Shown: in pieces, positions 63,014 to 64,000 of the stretch
How positions within the stretch are numbered: the first letter of the stretch is position 1
Layout: every line of letters begins with the position of its first letter
Source: the human T2T-CHM13v2.0 reference genome, Homo sapiens
DNA length: 64,000 nucleotides
Assembly: GCF_009914755.1 (NCBI RefSeq)
Contig: NC_060934.1
Strand: one strand, 5' to 3'
Program-made: the position numbers and the translations under genes
The notes under the pieces: model-generated
Databases searched by the model: none
What the model saw: the letters and a program-made list of their open reading frames with translations, nothing else
What the model was told of the DNA's origin: nothing

Positions 63014-63299
63014 TTTTTTTGAGACAGTCTGATTCTACCACCCAGGCTGGAGTGCGGCGGCACAATCTCAGCTCACTGCAACCTCCACCTCCTGGGTCCA
63101 AGAGATTCTTGTGCCTCAGCCTCCAGAGGAGCTGGAATTATAGGCATGCGCCACCACACCCAGCTAATTTTTGTATTTTTAGTAGAAATGGGGTTTCCCC
63201 AGGTTGGCCAGGCTGGTCTCGAACTCCTGACCTCAAGTGATCCAACAGCCTCGGCCTCCCAAAGTGTAGGATTACAGGTGTGAGCCACCGCGCCTGGCT
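63014..63299 (-). mobile_element. Alu (AluS)
   Basis: Reverse Alu; TSD gggtttaaaactt at 63003 and 63301. Confidence 0.93.
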
Positions 63300-64000
63300 G
63301 GGGTTTAAAACTTGATCTGTATTAAACTTAAAGTGTATTAAAATAACATATTAATATTGGGCAAAATGATAGTAAACTTGCTTACTAAATGTCTCTCATT
63401 TGATAGCTGACTGTCTAATTAATTCCAAAAACTATTAAGAAGTTCAAATGATGAAAACACCAAACCAAACCAACACAAAAAATCTATATACCTGGGACTA
63501 AATATTATCAATAGTTTTTAAATAGAGTTGGAGAGAGACAAAGTGAGGCTATAATTAGTCTGTCAGGCTTGTCTTTATAAACCATTATTTTTATTATCAG
63601 TTTTCTGGGGCTTGTTGCTCCAGACTAGTATGTTACCCAGGGTGTGAGTATTTTTGTGACTTGTGGAAGGCTGAGGAGCTATAAAAATTAACTAAAGTAC
63701 TGCAGGTAACATGGTTGTAATTTTCATTCTACTTTGCTTAATAAAATTGACATGTTCCCTACATAGACTACAGATAATGTGGTAGAAATAAATGATTATT
63801 TAATGAAAATCTGTGATGAATCCTATTGTTGAGCAAAGACATCAAGTGTCAAATGAATAACCAATCTCTAATTGGGATTTTAATTGTAGATTTTTTTAAA
63901 TTGGGACTATATAATAAACCATTCCACAAGTATATTTCATACAAAATAATAGCTATGTATTTTCTATTACAAAATTAATACATGTTCACTACAGAACATT

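Overview
Primate (most likely human) genomic DNA from the interior of DNAJC1 (ERdj1/MTJ1, an ER membrane J-domain co-chaperone), transcribed on the minus strand. Seven internal coding exons can be read directly, with GT-AG sites and consistent phases: 62065-62166, 61531-61577, 53823-53988, 52857-52954, 51804-51897, 37557-37647 and 15315-15472. They total 756 nt (252 codons) and probably correspond to exons 2-8. They encode the HPD-containing J-domain, the transmembrane helix, the polybasic RKKREKKKK motif and the linker before the first SANT domain. Positions ~1-33.4 kb are almost entirely nested transposable elements: old L1s, a 4-kb L1PA, a solo LTR2, MER4 and MER66-like LTRs, MSTA, a full MST provirus, full-length Tigger1, Tigger2b and Tigger3. 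Positions ~33.4-64 kb are mostly AT-rich unique intron. About 30 Alus are spread over the whole window. No new protein-coding system, RNA gene or CRISPR array was found. The best leads are regulatory or structural: a (UG)22-fronted antisense Alu with a mutation-created GTGAGT donor upstream of exon 8 (candidate TDP-43-repressed poison exon); stop-free, frame-preserving circRNA exon blocks bracketed by inverted Alus; a YAG|GT recursive or micro-exon site; a sense full-length Tigger1 60 nt after the exon 8 donor; an RCGTG-rich solo LTR2; and several template-switch, inversion or gene-conversion scars. Repeat subfamily names and exon numbers come from recalled consensus and protein sequences, not from a database search.
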